A stretch of DNA of 64,000 nucleotides from the IMG/VR virus record IMGVR_UViG_3300036767_000362. One strand, written 5' to 3'. The DNA is from a virus. The notes below the pieces were generated by a model, which was not told where the DNA came from, searched no databases, and worked only from the letters and a program-made list of their open reading frames with translations. Made by a program: the position numbers and the translations under genes. Shown in pieces: positions 44,627 through 56,100 of this stretch; position 1 is the first letter of the stretch, and the number at the start of each line of letters is the position of its first letter.

Positions 44627-47600
44627 TTATATGTTGTACTCATAATCAGGAAAGAGTACATATTGTTCCTGTGCTACTCCTGTTGTACTATCTATTATAT
44701 ACCTATCTATTTCAAAGTCAATAGTTTTGAAATCAAAACCACTATTTTTAATAGCCAAAGCTATTGTGGCACCAGATCTGGGCGTACAATAACATAATGG
44801 TATAGCAGTTACAAAGCCTAATTGCTGAACTGTACCTGCTTGAGCAGTTCTCATCCAAAGAGGCAAAAATCCGGGTGCTGAAGATCCTATTCCAGCAATA
44901 TTATCTCTCATATTTGTTGTATTAGCAATAAATCTATTCTCATCAGAAGAGTCTGTGTTTAGAATGCTAGTATCTACTTTTATAACACCACCTTTAGGTC
45001 TAAATCTAAAAGGATCTGATTTATTGTAAACTACTGATCCAACATTTGCCACAGTACTACCATCTACTAACGTAACTGTAAGTGTACCAGCAGTTAAATC
45101 TAAGAAAAGTCGACCTTCTCTTGCATAAATTTGTAAATCTTCCCCTATAGCTTGAGTAGATACTTTTGAATTATTTTGTAGAAATATTGTATATGTAGAA
45201 CCCCCTACATTTAATTTTGTAGTGTCATCTGTAACTTCAATTTGTGTTTGATTCACTTTAAATGTTTGAGTATTTGCCATTTTGAAACTTTTTGCTACTT
45301 TAGTTCCTTTATTATCTTGAGGATCTACAACATCTACATATACAACTTCATATGCTATAGTATTTGTTCCTTCATATTTTGCTTCAGCAATTTTTACATC
45401 ACCTAATTTGTATTTTTTTCTTTTATGATTTGATGCAGTTGCAGAAACGTAATGAGCAATTGATTTTTGTTCTATTCCTGCATACATTAACATTTTTAGT
45501 TTCTTTTGTACACCAAATGTCGGGTCAGTTTCTCTATAAATGTATTGCGGATCAAATATATTAGGATCTGATATAAATGTTCTAAATGAATCTCTTGATG
45601 TTAAATTAAGTAATGGTTGAACATACAAATTACTGTATAATGTAGTTCCTTGAACTTTAACTGATATTGAAAATGTTTTAGGCACTGCACTAAATCCATA
45701 TCTGTCTCTAGCAGTTACCGTAAATGTAAATTTTCTATCTATTGAAGTTAATTCACCATCAAAAGTTAAACCATTTTCAAAGAAAGTTAAACCGGCAATA
45801 GTTCCATCACCATATTGATTAACTTTACCTATGATTTCACCATTAATTGTTAATGTAAGTCCTGGTGGCAATGTGCCATCTGTTAAAAAATATTTCATTT
45901 TAGCATCAGGAACAGTACTTGTGGCTTCTATTTTAAATGTACTAGTGTAACTTGCGTTAATAGATCCTAAATCAGTATCAGTTTTCCAAGATATTGTACT
46001 ATCAACTTCTCCTAAAATTTTAACTGTAAATGTTTTAGTTGCTTTAGGTAATGTAACAACACTTTGAGAAGGAGTTACAATAAATTGTTTAAATGTAGTA
46101 GCTCCTTTAAATGCACCAACACTAATATTTTCACTATCTACAAAACTTCTAGTAAGATTTACATTAAGAACTAATTTATCTATTGCAGTAGCATTTGTAA
46201 TTCCTTGATCTGCAGGTTCTCCTTCATTTAATACTGTTTGAACATTTTCAATTTTATATTCTTCAGTTGCACTAAATTTTAAAATTTTTCCAATGTATCT
46301 ATTTTTATCTGCTCTATTATAAATGAAAATTTCATTAGCCGCTCTATTAATTAATGTAGGATTTGTTTTAAATGTTGATGCTTGATAAACTGCACCTGTA
46401 AAAACTTTTAAATCTGTTCCAATTAAACTTTTATCAAGTTGTAATACATCATATTTGTCATTATTATCATCATATCCTAATATTTTATAATTATTATCAT
46501 TAACAACTATTTCTTGATTTTTTAATTCTTCTAAATCTGATATACCATCTGCTGTTCCTAATGGTAATTTTGCTACTTTTAAATTTGCAGTTCCTTGCAT
46601 TTGATCTTCATAAGGATTTATTGAAACTGCTACTAATGAAGATTGTAAATCATATCTAGTTGCTGATACTGTAAATTTGTATTCTTTAGTAATTGCAGGT
46701 TGATAAGGTACTCGACCTGTTATTTCTCCTGTTAAAGCATCTATAGACATTCCTGTTGGTAATGTACTAAGACTACCATCATCATTTTTAGATTCTAATA
46801 TATAAGATACTGTACCTGGTACTGTATTTGGGTCATATAATTCTAAGAAAATAGTTACGTAATTATTTGCTCTTTTAAAACCGAGATCTGATGGTGTTAA
46901 CCATTGTGGTTCTCTTAAATATGTTCCATCTGAAGTAAAAACTCCGGAGCCAACTTGCATAATAGTATTATCTGCTCTAAGGAAGTCATCACCTACTACA
47001 AAAATTTGAAATGTTCTACTTTGAATAGTATCACCGTCAGTCGCATTTACTTTAAATTCATAATATCTATTAAGTTTTCTTGCTGATCTTATTTTATTAT
47101 TTTCATTAAAGAATGCGTAATTTTGTTGAATATCAAAATAATAACTGCTTGACGGATATGCTCCTACGCTACCAAAGTCAAATGGGTAAGATGCATAATT
47201 GTTTGAATCATAAAAACCTGTTCCTGACTGAATATCTAAAGCTAGTATAGGATCAATTATTCCAGTTAATTTTCCACTGTCACTTAATGTAACTCCTGGT
47301 GGTAAATTTCCTCCATCACTAGGAATATAATATTTTAATGTGTCGCCTGCACTTAAATCAGAGTCAGTAACTGATAATTGATAACTTATATAAGAACTAT
47401 CTAATATAAAAAGTTGATCATTTGCTCCAACTTTTAAAGTTCCTTCAGGTGTAATCCAAACAGGTGCATCTGGACCTTGTACGTTAACTATAAAAGTTCT
47501 ATCTTCTATGATTGGATCAGGTGGAGCAGTATCTATCGCTCTTAAAACAAATTTATATTCTGTATTTCTAGGTACTTCAAAAAATGTACCTGTAAGTGTA

Positions 47601-47746
47601 TTGTTAGTTAATCTTGTTCCTGCTGGTAAAGTTCCTGCAATTAGCATAGTGGAAGGAGAACCTACTACTGGTAGGTTTATAGTTGTAGGAACCTTTTCTT
47701 GATAAGTTCCTAAATTATGACCGGTTGTGACGCTCCATAATGACAT
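44627..47746 (-). CDS. Baseplate wedge-like protein with Ig-like (He_PIG) repeats
   Basis: Repeated G.LP.G..L...G.I.G motifs; C-terminal LPLWMRT.Q...LGFV.AIPLCY...FDFK.IDFEIDRYII; late motif 47768-47775. Confidence 0.65.
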   Translation of the reverse strand: MSLWSVTTGHNLGTYQEKVPTTINLPVVGSPSTMLIAGTLPAGTRLTNNTLTGTFFEVPRNTEYKFVLRAIDTAPPDPIIEDRTFIVNVQGPDAPVWITPEGTLKVGANDQLFILDSSYISYQLSVTDSDLSAGDTLKYYIPSDGGNLPPGVTLSDSGKLTGIIDPILALDIQSGTGFYDSNNYASYPFDFGSVGAYPSSSYYFDIQQNYAFFNENNKIRSARKLNRYYEFKVNATDGDTIQSRTFQIFVVGDDFLRADNTIMQVGSGVFTSDGTYLREPQWLTPSDLGFKRANNYVTIFLELYDPNTVPGTVSYILESKNDDGSLSTLPTGMSIDALTGEITGRVPYQPAITKEYKFTVSATRYDLQSSLVAVSINPYEDQMQGTANLKVAKLPLGTADGISDLEELKNQEIVVNDNNYKILGYDDNNDKYDVLQLDKSLIGTDLKVFTGAVYQASTFKTNPTLINRAANEIFIYNRADKNRYIGKILKFSATEEYKIENVQTVLNEGEPADQGITNATAIDKLVLNVNLTRSFVDSENISVGAFKGATTFKQFIVTPSQSVVTLPKATKTFTVKILGEVDSTISWKTDTDLGSINASYTSTFKIEATSTVPDAKMKYFLTDGTLPPGLTLTINGEIIGKVNQYGDGTIAGLTFFENGLTFDGELTSIDRKFTFTVTARDRYGFSAVPKTFSISVKVQGTTLYSNLYVQPLLNLTSRDSFRTFISDPNIFDPQYIYRETDPTFGVQKKLKMLMYAGIEQKSIAHYVSATASNHKRKKYKLGDVKIAEAKYEGTNTIAYEVVYVDVVDPQDNKGTKVAKSFKMANTQTFKVNQTQIEVTDDTTKLNVGGSTYTIFLQNNSKVSTQAIGEDLQIYAREGRLFLDLTAGTLTVTLVDGSTVANVGSVVYNKSDPFRFRPKGGVIKVDTSILNTDSSDENRFIANTTNMRDNIAGIGSSAPGFLPLWMRTAQAGTVQQLGFVTAIPLCYCTPRSGATIALAIKNSGFDFKTIDFEIDRYIIDSTTGVAQEQYVLFPDYEYNI

Positions 47747-47785
47747 ACGATTATTATCCTTTTTTAATATTTATCGTAAGAACAA

Positions 47786-48469
47786 TTATGCTATACTGCC
47801 TAAATCTACGTTTGTTGCGTGTGGTGAAGCTGTAGAACCCATATCAAGTGGTTTTAAACTTTCAAACCATTGCATTAAGTTACTAACAGCAGTAGGAAGA
47901 ATTCCACCTAGATCAAAACCTACAACAGAGTCAATATTACCAACATCTATACCTTTTACAAGTCCATCTACGTTTTGAGCTGTTAAAGTACCTAGATTAG
48001 TAATATTATTTCCTGCCGCGTCTAAGTTTCCACCTAAAGATGGTGCTATTTCTCTAATTAATTTTGAATCTATTGTTACGTCAGTGCCAACACCAGATGT
48101 TTGTGTTGCTCCAGTACCTAAAAATCTAGCTAATCCAGTACTTCCTATTGGGTTAAGACTTCCTGAATCAGTTACAACTTGAATACTAACAATTCCTGAT
48201 GAAGTTATAGTAATTTGATTGGCATCAGAACTAAAACTAACGTTTGGTCCTGCTTTAAGACTTTTAAATTTTAAATCAAAGTCTGTTACTGTAGAAAATA
48301 AACCTTTAGTAGTGGCATCATCAGCTAATAAATTAGAAGCTGTTGTTTTTTCAGGATTTCTAGCATCTAAATCAGTAAAATTATTATTAACTTTAATAAA
48401 TGCTTCTCTTAAATCGTCACCTGTACCGTCATTTGCTAAAGTACCTACGTTTATTGATGTTACTGCCAT
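47786..48469 (-). CDS. Tail/baseplate protein with T4 gp9/gp10-like N-terminus
   Basis: INVGTLANDGTGDDLREAFIKVNNNF; late motif 48486-48493. Confidence 0.7.
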   Translation of the reverse strand: MAVTSINVGTLANDGTGDDLREAFIKVNNNFTDLDARNPEKTTASNLLADDATTKGLFSTVTDFDLKFKSLKAGPNVSFSSDANQITITSSGIVSIQVVTDSGSLNPIGSTGLARFLGTGATQTSGVGTDVTIDSKLIREIAPSLGGNLDAAGNNITNLGTLTAQNVDGLVKGIDVGNIDSVVGFDLGGILPTAVSNLMQWFESLKPLDMGSTASPHATNVDLGSIA

Positions 48470-48503
48470 TTTTATCTCCTACTCATATTTATCATTATTA
48501 ACT

Positions 48504-50270
48504 TTAACCATAATTCCAAGGTTTACGATTAGACATCGGTATATAAGCAACATTACCTTTACTACCAAATAGAGACCATTGATTAGTATAATCATTATCT
48601 AATCCACTATTAGCATCTGAAGAATAAAAGCTATCTTGAATAGCATTTTCGGTCATAAAACTTACAACTTGTTTAGGCGTCCAATCGGGGTGCATTTGGT
48701 ATACTAAAGCCGCCATTCCTGCCGCCTGAGGACTAGCCATAGATGTTCCTTGCTTTCTCTCTTGCCAATAATTGTTATTATGGTAGTATGGTCCGCCTGC
48801 ACTGCCGTCAGAACAACTTATAATCATTTCACCTGCCGTCCAAATATTAACTCCCGGACCTTGAGAACTAAAAGGACTTTTTCTGTCCCTAGTAGAACTA
48901 TGAGGATTGTAATTAATTGACCCAACTACAAAAGCCTGACCTGCCTTATTAAAATTCGGATTAGGACTGCCTCCTCTATTATAATAATACTTATTTCCAG
49001 AGACAGGGCTTCCTCCCCAAGCTGACCAATTGTATTGGTCGGGAAGATAGCCGTTACTATCTGCTCCAAGAGTAATGTAATTGTCCCAATCTGCTCCACT
49101 AGGAAGATCCCATTTTTGACCGTCATTTCCTGAAGCAATACATAAAACAATACCATCATCAATCATTTCTTCGACCTCGGCATTGTTAGCCACAGTATTA
49201 ATACCTGCATAAGGTTCAGAGTTCATTGCGTCAGACCAACCATAAAAACTTAAACCTTTATTTCTCATATCACTGTTGCTATTAATAGAATATGAATTTC
49301 CACGATAACTTCCACCGGTTATTGGGAAACCCAAAAGGTTAAAGCCAACATCATAACCATAAAATTTGACGCCAGAACCCCAACTCATATTAACTACAGT
49401 TGGTCTATGTGTACCGGTCCATAGAGCATGATTTGGATCATTTTTATTATTATGCCAACCTCTCATTATGTCCATACCATCATAACCGCCAATAGAACCA
49501 GATCCAAACATCCTCATACTGTAAATTTTAGAATTTTTTGCCCAACCAAAGTTTTTGCCTGCAATTGTTCCCATAACATGAGATCCATGAGAACCATCGG
49601 TTAATGAATAAAAGTCATTAGCTTGAGTTCCAGATATTCCAGATACCGCATACCAATCATGCATATCATATCTACTAACTCCATTTGAATCTTCCCATTC
49701 AGGATGTCCCATTATAACTCCAGAATCTTGAGCCACAACATCAACACCTGTACCATCTAAAACATAATCATATGAACCACCAGGATCTGAAGTACTTGAT
49801 CCATAATTATTAGTTTTAGAACAATGTCTTAATAATCCCCAATTATCTCTTCTATAATTGCTATTATGGCTTGAACTTTTTTCAAATCCTCCATCATGAT
49901 ATTTTCGTTGTATTATAAACATTGGATCTACCGGTGCTTCAACGTCTTCGATTCTTGGATCATTTTTTAATTTTTTTATTTCGTTAGAACTTAAATTATA
50001 ATGAGTATTTCTTTTATTAGTAGATTTTAACTTAATAACATCAACAGTTCTATCTGGTATAATATTTGAATCTACACTTGGATCGGCAGTAGTATCTCTA
50101 GTAAGTTCATTATGAAGTACTTCCCAGTTAACACCTTTTTTTACTGTAACAATAACTTCAAAATTATCATCTGGACTTGATGATCGCATTTTTGCTTTCA
50201 TCTCTTCTATTTTATCTTCGTACTCTTTACTAGGTTGTTTAGGCGGAGCACCTGGATCGGGCATTGACAT
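48504..50270 (-). CDS. Subtilisin-like serine protease (S8)
   Basis: Triad GVDVVAQDSG, HGSHVMG, GTSMASPQAAG; oxyanion ASGN. Confidence 0.9.
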   Translation of the reverse strand: MSMPDPGAPPKQPSKEYEDKIEEMKAKMRSSSPDDNFEVIVTVKKGVNWEVLHNELTRDTTADPSVDSNIIPDRTVDVIKLKSTNKRNTHYNLSSNEIKKLKNDPRIEDVEAPVDPMFIIQRKYHDGGFEKSSSHNSNYRRDNWGLLRHCSKTNNYGSSTSDPGGSYDYVLDGTGVDVVAQDSGVIMGHPEWEDSNGVSRYDMHDWYAVSGISGTQANDFYSLTDGSHGSHVMGTIAGKNFGWAKNSKIYSMRMFGSGSIGGYDGMDIMRGWHNNKNDPNHALWTGTHRPTVVNMSWGSGVKFYGYDVGFNLLGFPITGGSYRGNSYSINSNSDMRNKGLSFYGWSDAMNSEPYAGINTVANNAEVEEMIDDGIVLCIASGNDGQKWDLPSGADWDNYITLGADSNGYLPDQYNWSAWGGSPVSGNKYYYNRGGSPNPNFNKAGQAFVVGSINYNPHSSTRDRKSPFSSQGPGVNIWTAGEMIISCSDGSAGGPYYHNNNYWQERKQGTSMASPQAAGMAALVYQMHPDWTPKQVVSFMTENAIQDSFYSSDANSGLDNDYTNQWSLFGSKGNVAYIPMSNRKPWNYG

Positions 50271-52852
50271 TATACAGCTCCATCAGTTGCAACATATCTC
50301 CAATTTGATCCATCGTAATATGCTGGTTTGGAACTATTATCCGATACAGCAACCATTGTTCCAGCACTTGCAGTGAAAGTCGCTAATTGAGTCGCAGTTT
50401 TTCCAAGTAATTTTATTGGAGCATCTAGTATGACTTCACTAACTGGATCTAATGTGATAGTTGTTGGAGATGAAATTGTATATGTTCCTGCTAAACCGGA
50501 AGGTGCTGAAATAGTAGCTGTTTCTATGCTATCAGCAATAATATTTGTAGCGGATAATGTATTAGTTCCTGAAGCCCATGTTAAATCACTATCTCCAGCA
50601 AAAGCACCACCATTATTATATTGAAGTTCTGTTGTACTACCACCTGGAGTACCTCCACCACTAGCTGTTGAAGTAATTGTAATTTCATCTGAACCTGAAT
50701 CAGTTGTAATAGATATATTTGAACCTGCAACAAGAGTTAATGTGTCTGTTGATGAATCAGATACTACATTTGATTGTCCTGATACTGCAATAGTTGTAAA
50801 AGCATTTTGAACTACATTAGGAGATGTGTTTGTAATAGTTAAAGTGTCTCCTGCTATTGTTGTACCTACACCAGTACCACCTGATACTGTTAAAGTATCT
50901 GTTGCAGTATTTGCCGCTGTCGTTCCAGTATCAGCTGAAAAATTTTCCCATAAATTTTGAGTTACATTAGGTGAACTATTTGTAATAGTTAAAACATCTC
51001 CTGATACAGCCGTTGTAATACCCGTACCTCCTGCAATTGATATACTATCTGTTGTAGTGTTTGCAGTTGTAGTTCCTGTATCACCTGTTATAGTTGCCCA
51101 TATATTTTGATCAACGTTAGGAGCTGTATTAGTCCACGTTACTGCATCAATACCGGCATTGGTAGTTATTTCTATACCAGTTCCAGCTCCAAAACCTACA
51201 GAGTCAGCATTAGAATCAGCAACTACACTAGTTTGTCCTGAAACTACTATTGTTGTAAATGTGTCTTGTACTATGTTTGGTGCAGAGTTTGTAACAGTTA
51301 AAGTGTCAGTAGCTGAATCAGTTGTTAATATTACTCCTGTGCCTGCTACTACGGTTAAAGTATCAGCTGTAGAATCTGCTGTTATTGTATTTTGTCCATT
51401 TACTACAATTGATTGGAATAGATTTTGTGAACCTGATCCTGTGTAATTAATAGTTAAAAGATCATTTGCAATAGATGTACTAATATCTGTTCCACCAACA
51501 ATTCCTAAAATATCAGTTGGAGAGTCTGCAGTAGTAGATCCTGTGTCACCAGCTACCGTTTCCCATAAGTTTGGAGATGTAGCACTATTTGAAATAGTTA
51601 CTGAATCAGTAGGAGCATCTGTTGTTATTGCTATTCCTGTACCTGCAACTAAAGTTAATGTATCGCTTAATTGATCAGCAGTAACAGTAGTTTGTCCTGT
51701 AACTGCAAACGCACCAAAGTCATTTTGTGCACCTGCTTGTCCACCTGTGTATTCAACTGTTAAAGTATTACCACTCATTGACGTAGAAATAGATGTACCA
51801 CCTTCTATAGCTAAAACATCAGTAGCAAGAGTGGCTATATAAGAACCTGTATCTCCTGTAACTTGTTGAAATAAATTTTGAGGAGTAGGTTGAGAAGAAT
51901 TAATTGTAATACTATCTCCTACTGCATCAGTTGTTAAAGTAACATTTGATCCTGCTACAAAAGTTAAAGTATCTGAATTAGCATCTGCTTCAACATCTGT
52001 TTGTCCTGATACTGCAATAGTTTTAAACACATTAGGTATTGTTGCAGTATTTGAAATAGTTATTGTATCTGAGTCAGGTTGAGTTATACCAATACCTGAT
52101 CCTGCTGAAAATTTAACGTCTTCTGTGTAAGCACTAGAATTTGTTAATCTTAAAACAACATTACTGCTACCATCTGTTGTCGCTCCAACAGAATAAGTTG
52201 TATCTGTATCAGTTCCTGTAAATGTTAATTCATTTGAAGTTCTAGTTATAGCAATATTACTTCCTTCTTTAAGTGTAATATCTTGAATAGCTTGTCCTGA
52301 ACCTGTTAACCGAAGTAATTTTTCAGTTGCATTAGAACCATCACCTGCTGAAAATGTATATGTAGTATCTGTAAGTGGTACCCAGTTGGTACCATCATTT
52401 AATTCAAATTGGTTATTATTATATCTAATTGATTCTGTTCCTGTTATAGTAACTGTAGTAGTACCCGATACGTCAGCAGTTGCAGTAGTAATATTACCTG
52501 CTCCAGCAATTTTTAATGTATTGTCTGGTAACATAGTAGTTGTTGCACTATCGTCACCTGTTATAAACCAAGCGCCACCACCAGTACTAACAAAAGTTGT
52601 ACCACCCCCACCTTGTCCAAGTAAAGTTTGTGTATCTGTTAAATCACTAATATCTGTAGGTATAGTAGGTTTGTTTGAAAGATCCGTATATGATCCAGTA
52701 AAAATATTTGAGCCTAAACTTACACTCGTGGCTGTTATATTATTAACACCAATTAATGAAGAATTAGCTAAATCTAAATTATCGCCTATTGGCAATTCTT
52801 TTATTTTATTGCCATCCGATGTATCTACTACTAGTGGTATCCTATTTGCCAT
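50270..52852 (-). CDS. Tail fibre-like protein with about 50-aa repeats
   Basis: T/S/G/D-rich; nine QN.F..I.V.GQ / QN.W....DTG repeats. Confidence 0.75.
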   Translation of the reverse strand: MANRIPLVVDTSDGNKIKELPIGDNLDLANSSLIGVNNITATSVSLGSNIFTGSYTDLSNKPTIPTDISDLTDTQTLLGQGGGGTTFVSTGGGAWFITGDDSATTTMLPDNTLKIAGAGNITTATADVSGTTTVTITGTESIRYNNNQFELNDGTNWVPLTDTTYTFSAGDGSNATEKLLRLTGSGQAIQDITLKEGSNIAITRTSNELTFTGTDTDTTYSVGATTDGSSNVVLRLTNSSAYTEDVKFSAGSGIGITQPDSDTITISNTATIPNVFKTIAVSGQTDVEADANSDTLTFVAGSNVTLTTDAVGDSITINSSQPTPQNLFQQVTGDTGSYIATLATDVLAIEGGTSISTSMSGNTLTVEYTGGQAGAQNDFGAFAVTGQTTVTADQLSDTLTLVAGTGIAITTDAPTDSVTISNSATSPNLWETVAGDTGSTTADSPTDILGIVGGTDISTSIANDLLTINYTGSGSQNLFQSIVVNGQNTITADSTADTLTVVAGTGVILTTDSATDTLTVTNSAPNIVQDTFTTIVVSGQTSVVADSNADSVGFGAGTGIEITTNAGIDAVTWTNTAPNVDQNIWATITGDTGTTTANTTTDSISIAGGTGITTAVSGDVLTITNSSPNVTQNLWENFSADTGTTAANTATDTLTVSGGTGVGTTIAGDTLTITNTSPNVVQNAFTTIAVSGQSNVVSDSSTDTLTLVAGSNISITTDSGSDEITITSTASGGGTPGGSTTELQYNNGGAFAGDSDLTWASGTNTLSATNIIADSIETATISAPSGLAGTYTISSPTTITLDPVSEVILDAPIKLLGKTATQLATFTASAGTMVAVSDNSSKPAYYDGSNWRYVATDGAV

Positions 52853-52853
52853 A

Positions 52854-53195
52854 TTACTGTTTCACCTTTAATGTTCCGCTATCGTTCCATAATTGTCCAA
52901 CTGCCAATCCTGCATCTGATGTAGGTAAATTTGACAATGTAACTGTTGAAGATGTTTTTAATGTAGTAGTTTCTACGGGACCAACAACTTTTCCATTAAC
53001 TGCATCAATCATAACTGATGAATCATCAGCAAATACAGAACCTTTAAAGTCTGTAATTAATGAGCCACCTTCTAATGCAATTATTCTAGTGTATGCGTCA
53101 GTAAAATTGTCGTTTACTTTTGTAAACGCCGTTCTTAACGGATCGCCATCACCTTTGTTTGCACTTGTACCTACATTTATAATTTGTTGTGCCAT
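52854..53195 (-). CDS. Short tail/baseplate protein
   Basis: INVGTSANKGDGDPLRTAFTKVNDNF N-terminus; LPTSD..L.VGQLWNDSGTLKV C-terminus. Confidence 0.7.
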   Translation of the reverse strand: MAQQIINVGTSANKGDGDPLRTAFTKVNDNFTDAYTRIIALEGGSLITDFKGSVFADDSSVMIDAVNGKVVGPVETTTLKTSSTVTLSNLPTSDAGLAVGQLWNDSGTLKVKQ

Positions 53196-56100
53196 TATAC
53201 TCTACCTACCACCATTTCTATTACACCAACACTTGGGTTCATATGATCTTCTAATGCTTTACCTAATACTGTTCCAACTCTAGGATCAGGACTAGATGAA
53301 GCGTGTCCTCTAACACTACTTGTTACTAACATATCACCTTTTCTACACATTCCAGTAACTTTAACTTTAACTCTACCTTGTAAAGCAATTGGTGTTCCAC
53401 CTTCTTGTGCTGAATTCATTAAGTATGCTGGTTTGTCTGAAACAACTCCAGCTACTCTTGTATCTTCAGATAATTGAGTAGTTGTAACTTCTTTATCTCC
53501 GCCGAATATAACAACTGTACCTATTTCATAATTGTCATCTGCTGTATAATTTTCCGCCAAGTCAGCATATAGAGATCTTGTTGCTGTTCCATCAAATATA
53601 TTTGCGTACATTGTATTATATCTTCTACTGGAATCACCAATATTAAATGTCATATTGGCATCACCAGGAACAATACCTTGTGTTGTAACTAATAATGGAA
53701 CTGATCCATCAGCTACAATTGCCACTCTTCCTTCAGCACTATCATCAGTGTCTGACACGTATGCACTACTTTGACCTATAGCTATTCCTGTTGGATTGTT
53801 TGCTTTTCCTGTAGATTCAATAAATTTAGTGTATATATGATCCACTGCAAGAGCGCCATCACTAGCACCTTGAGTATTACTTGCTGATGCATCTGCACCA
53901 CCTATATCTAATCTTCTACCAGGAAGTGAAGTAACTGTATTAGCCTGTGTACTTCCTATACCAGTAGCAAAATCTATTCCACCAGGAGTTGTTATATTAA
54001 GTGTAGATGCGGAACTATCTAATGCAAGATTACCATCTATTTTTAATCCTGCTAAATCCGTTACACCAGTTGTATCTGTTTTAACTATACTATTAACTTC
54101 TCCTGTTTTTGTAACGTTAGTAACTTTGTAAACACCAGCACTTTCTTTTATAAGTGTTTCACCGGGATCACTAGCGGCATCTAATTCTGTAGTAAAGTCA
54201 GCATCAACTACTGCTCCACCTTGAGAAATTATATCTGAAAATGTAACTGCATTTACGTCACCAGTACCTGAATCAGTTCGTCCATATGCTTGGTATTGAT
54301 CTAATTGAGGTAAATCAGCAAAGTCTATACCAGAAGAAGATAATTCAACCCAACCATTAGTAACTGTAAAGTCACCTGAATCAAAACTTGCAAGTCCTAA
54401 ATCTGCTTGACTAATTCCTGAAGCATTTGCTCTTGAAGTTGCGGCATTCATATTCAACTTACTTTGAGCTATTGCGGCATCTGATTTAACATCTGCATTA
54501 ATAATTACATTTGATGCAATATTAAATGTAAGTTCAGTTTGTGTTGCAGTTCTATTTGCAGTCATTTCTACATCTGAAGCTGTAACAACTGCATTACCCA
54601 TTTCATTTATTGCAGTATCTATAACTTGAGCAGTAACTCCACCACCAGTATCAATTGTATCTGCTGTAGTAAATTGTGTAGGACTAGATGTCCATGTGTA
54701 AGTAATTCTTGTGGCATTAACCGCTCCAGGTAATACAAGAACTTCTACATCTACAATTGTTCCTGTTGCACCAGTTACTGATCCTGTAAAAGTATCACTA
54801 ACTGCAAAATTTCCACCAACTGCAGGTACAGTATACATTCTGTATTTGCCATTGAATATTAAAAGTTGTGCTTCAGCTAAATTTCCAATATTAACGTTTC
54901 TAATATTTTCTATTTGATCTGTTTCGTATATAATATTATCTACATAACTTTTTGTAGTTGCATCTTGATCCGAAGACGGATCTGATAAACCTGTTAATTT
55001 AAATCCACCAACTGCCATGTGATTTGTAAATGGAATAGAACCGTCTCTAGCAATAGTACCTGCTCCAATTGGATTTCCTACTAAAGTAGTTGCATGGTCA
55101 AAACCTAATCTTCTATTAACATATTCTCTAACAGCTGATTCTGTTGGTACACTATCAGTAGAATTGTCTACCATTGAACCATCTGTACTAAATTCTGCTA
55201 CAACAACACCTCTTTTAAATCCTATACCATCTAAATTACTAATTGCAATTGCCGCCGCAAATGAAACTGTTCCTGTTGCTTGATCAACTGTGAAATATTT
55301 TCCTACTCTAAAGAAACCATCTTGGTCAGTACTAACATAGTAAACTCTACCTTTTAATTTTTCAACAGTTTCATTAGTTTGAGATGATGCCGTTGTTGCA
55401 TCACCATAAATTACATTAGGGAAGTTTGTAGTATTAAAACCACCTGTTCCAATATCTAAGAAATCATGATTTGATGCTCTTGCTGTTGAAACAAATACAG
55501 TAATTGAAGCTGGTTCTGTAGCAGACAATCCAACTCTAAATGTAGGAGAACCTCCATTTGTTGCCACATATCCAGTCATTGCACTGTGAATTCCTGCGCC
55601 TATTGGAGTAGGATTAATATTTGATACATCTGTAATTTCTACTGTAGCATATGTTGTTCTATCTACGTAATTTGCAACTTTGTGAGTTTTACCATCCCAA
55701 CCAAATGTCATATCGCCATTGTTTAATCTTGCAATATCTGCCGCTTCTGGAATTGTGTTAATTGCAATTACAACGTCACCAATTGTGTGACCCATTGTTG
55801 TTCCTGAACCAGCATGAGTATTATTTTGTGCTTCAGTTTCATTAAGAGACATCTTAACATAATCGTAAACGTCATCAAAAGCAATTAAGGCAGTATTAGC
55901 CGGTAAAGCCACACCAACTGGATTTGATGTTGAATAAGAAATACTTCTGTAAGTTATAGTACTTGTTTCATCAAATACTACAGCAGTTGTTGGTTTAGAA
56001 GGTGCTGTATTATTAACATCACTAAAGACGAATTGAGAATTTGCTCTAATTGTTACTGTTTGATCATCTGCAAGAGCGGCTTTTAATCCTGTTGTAGATG

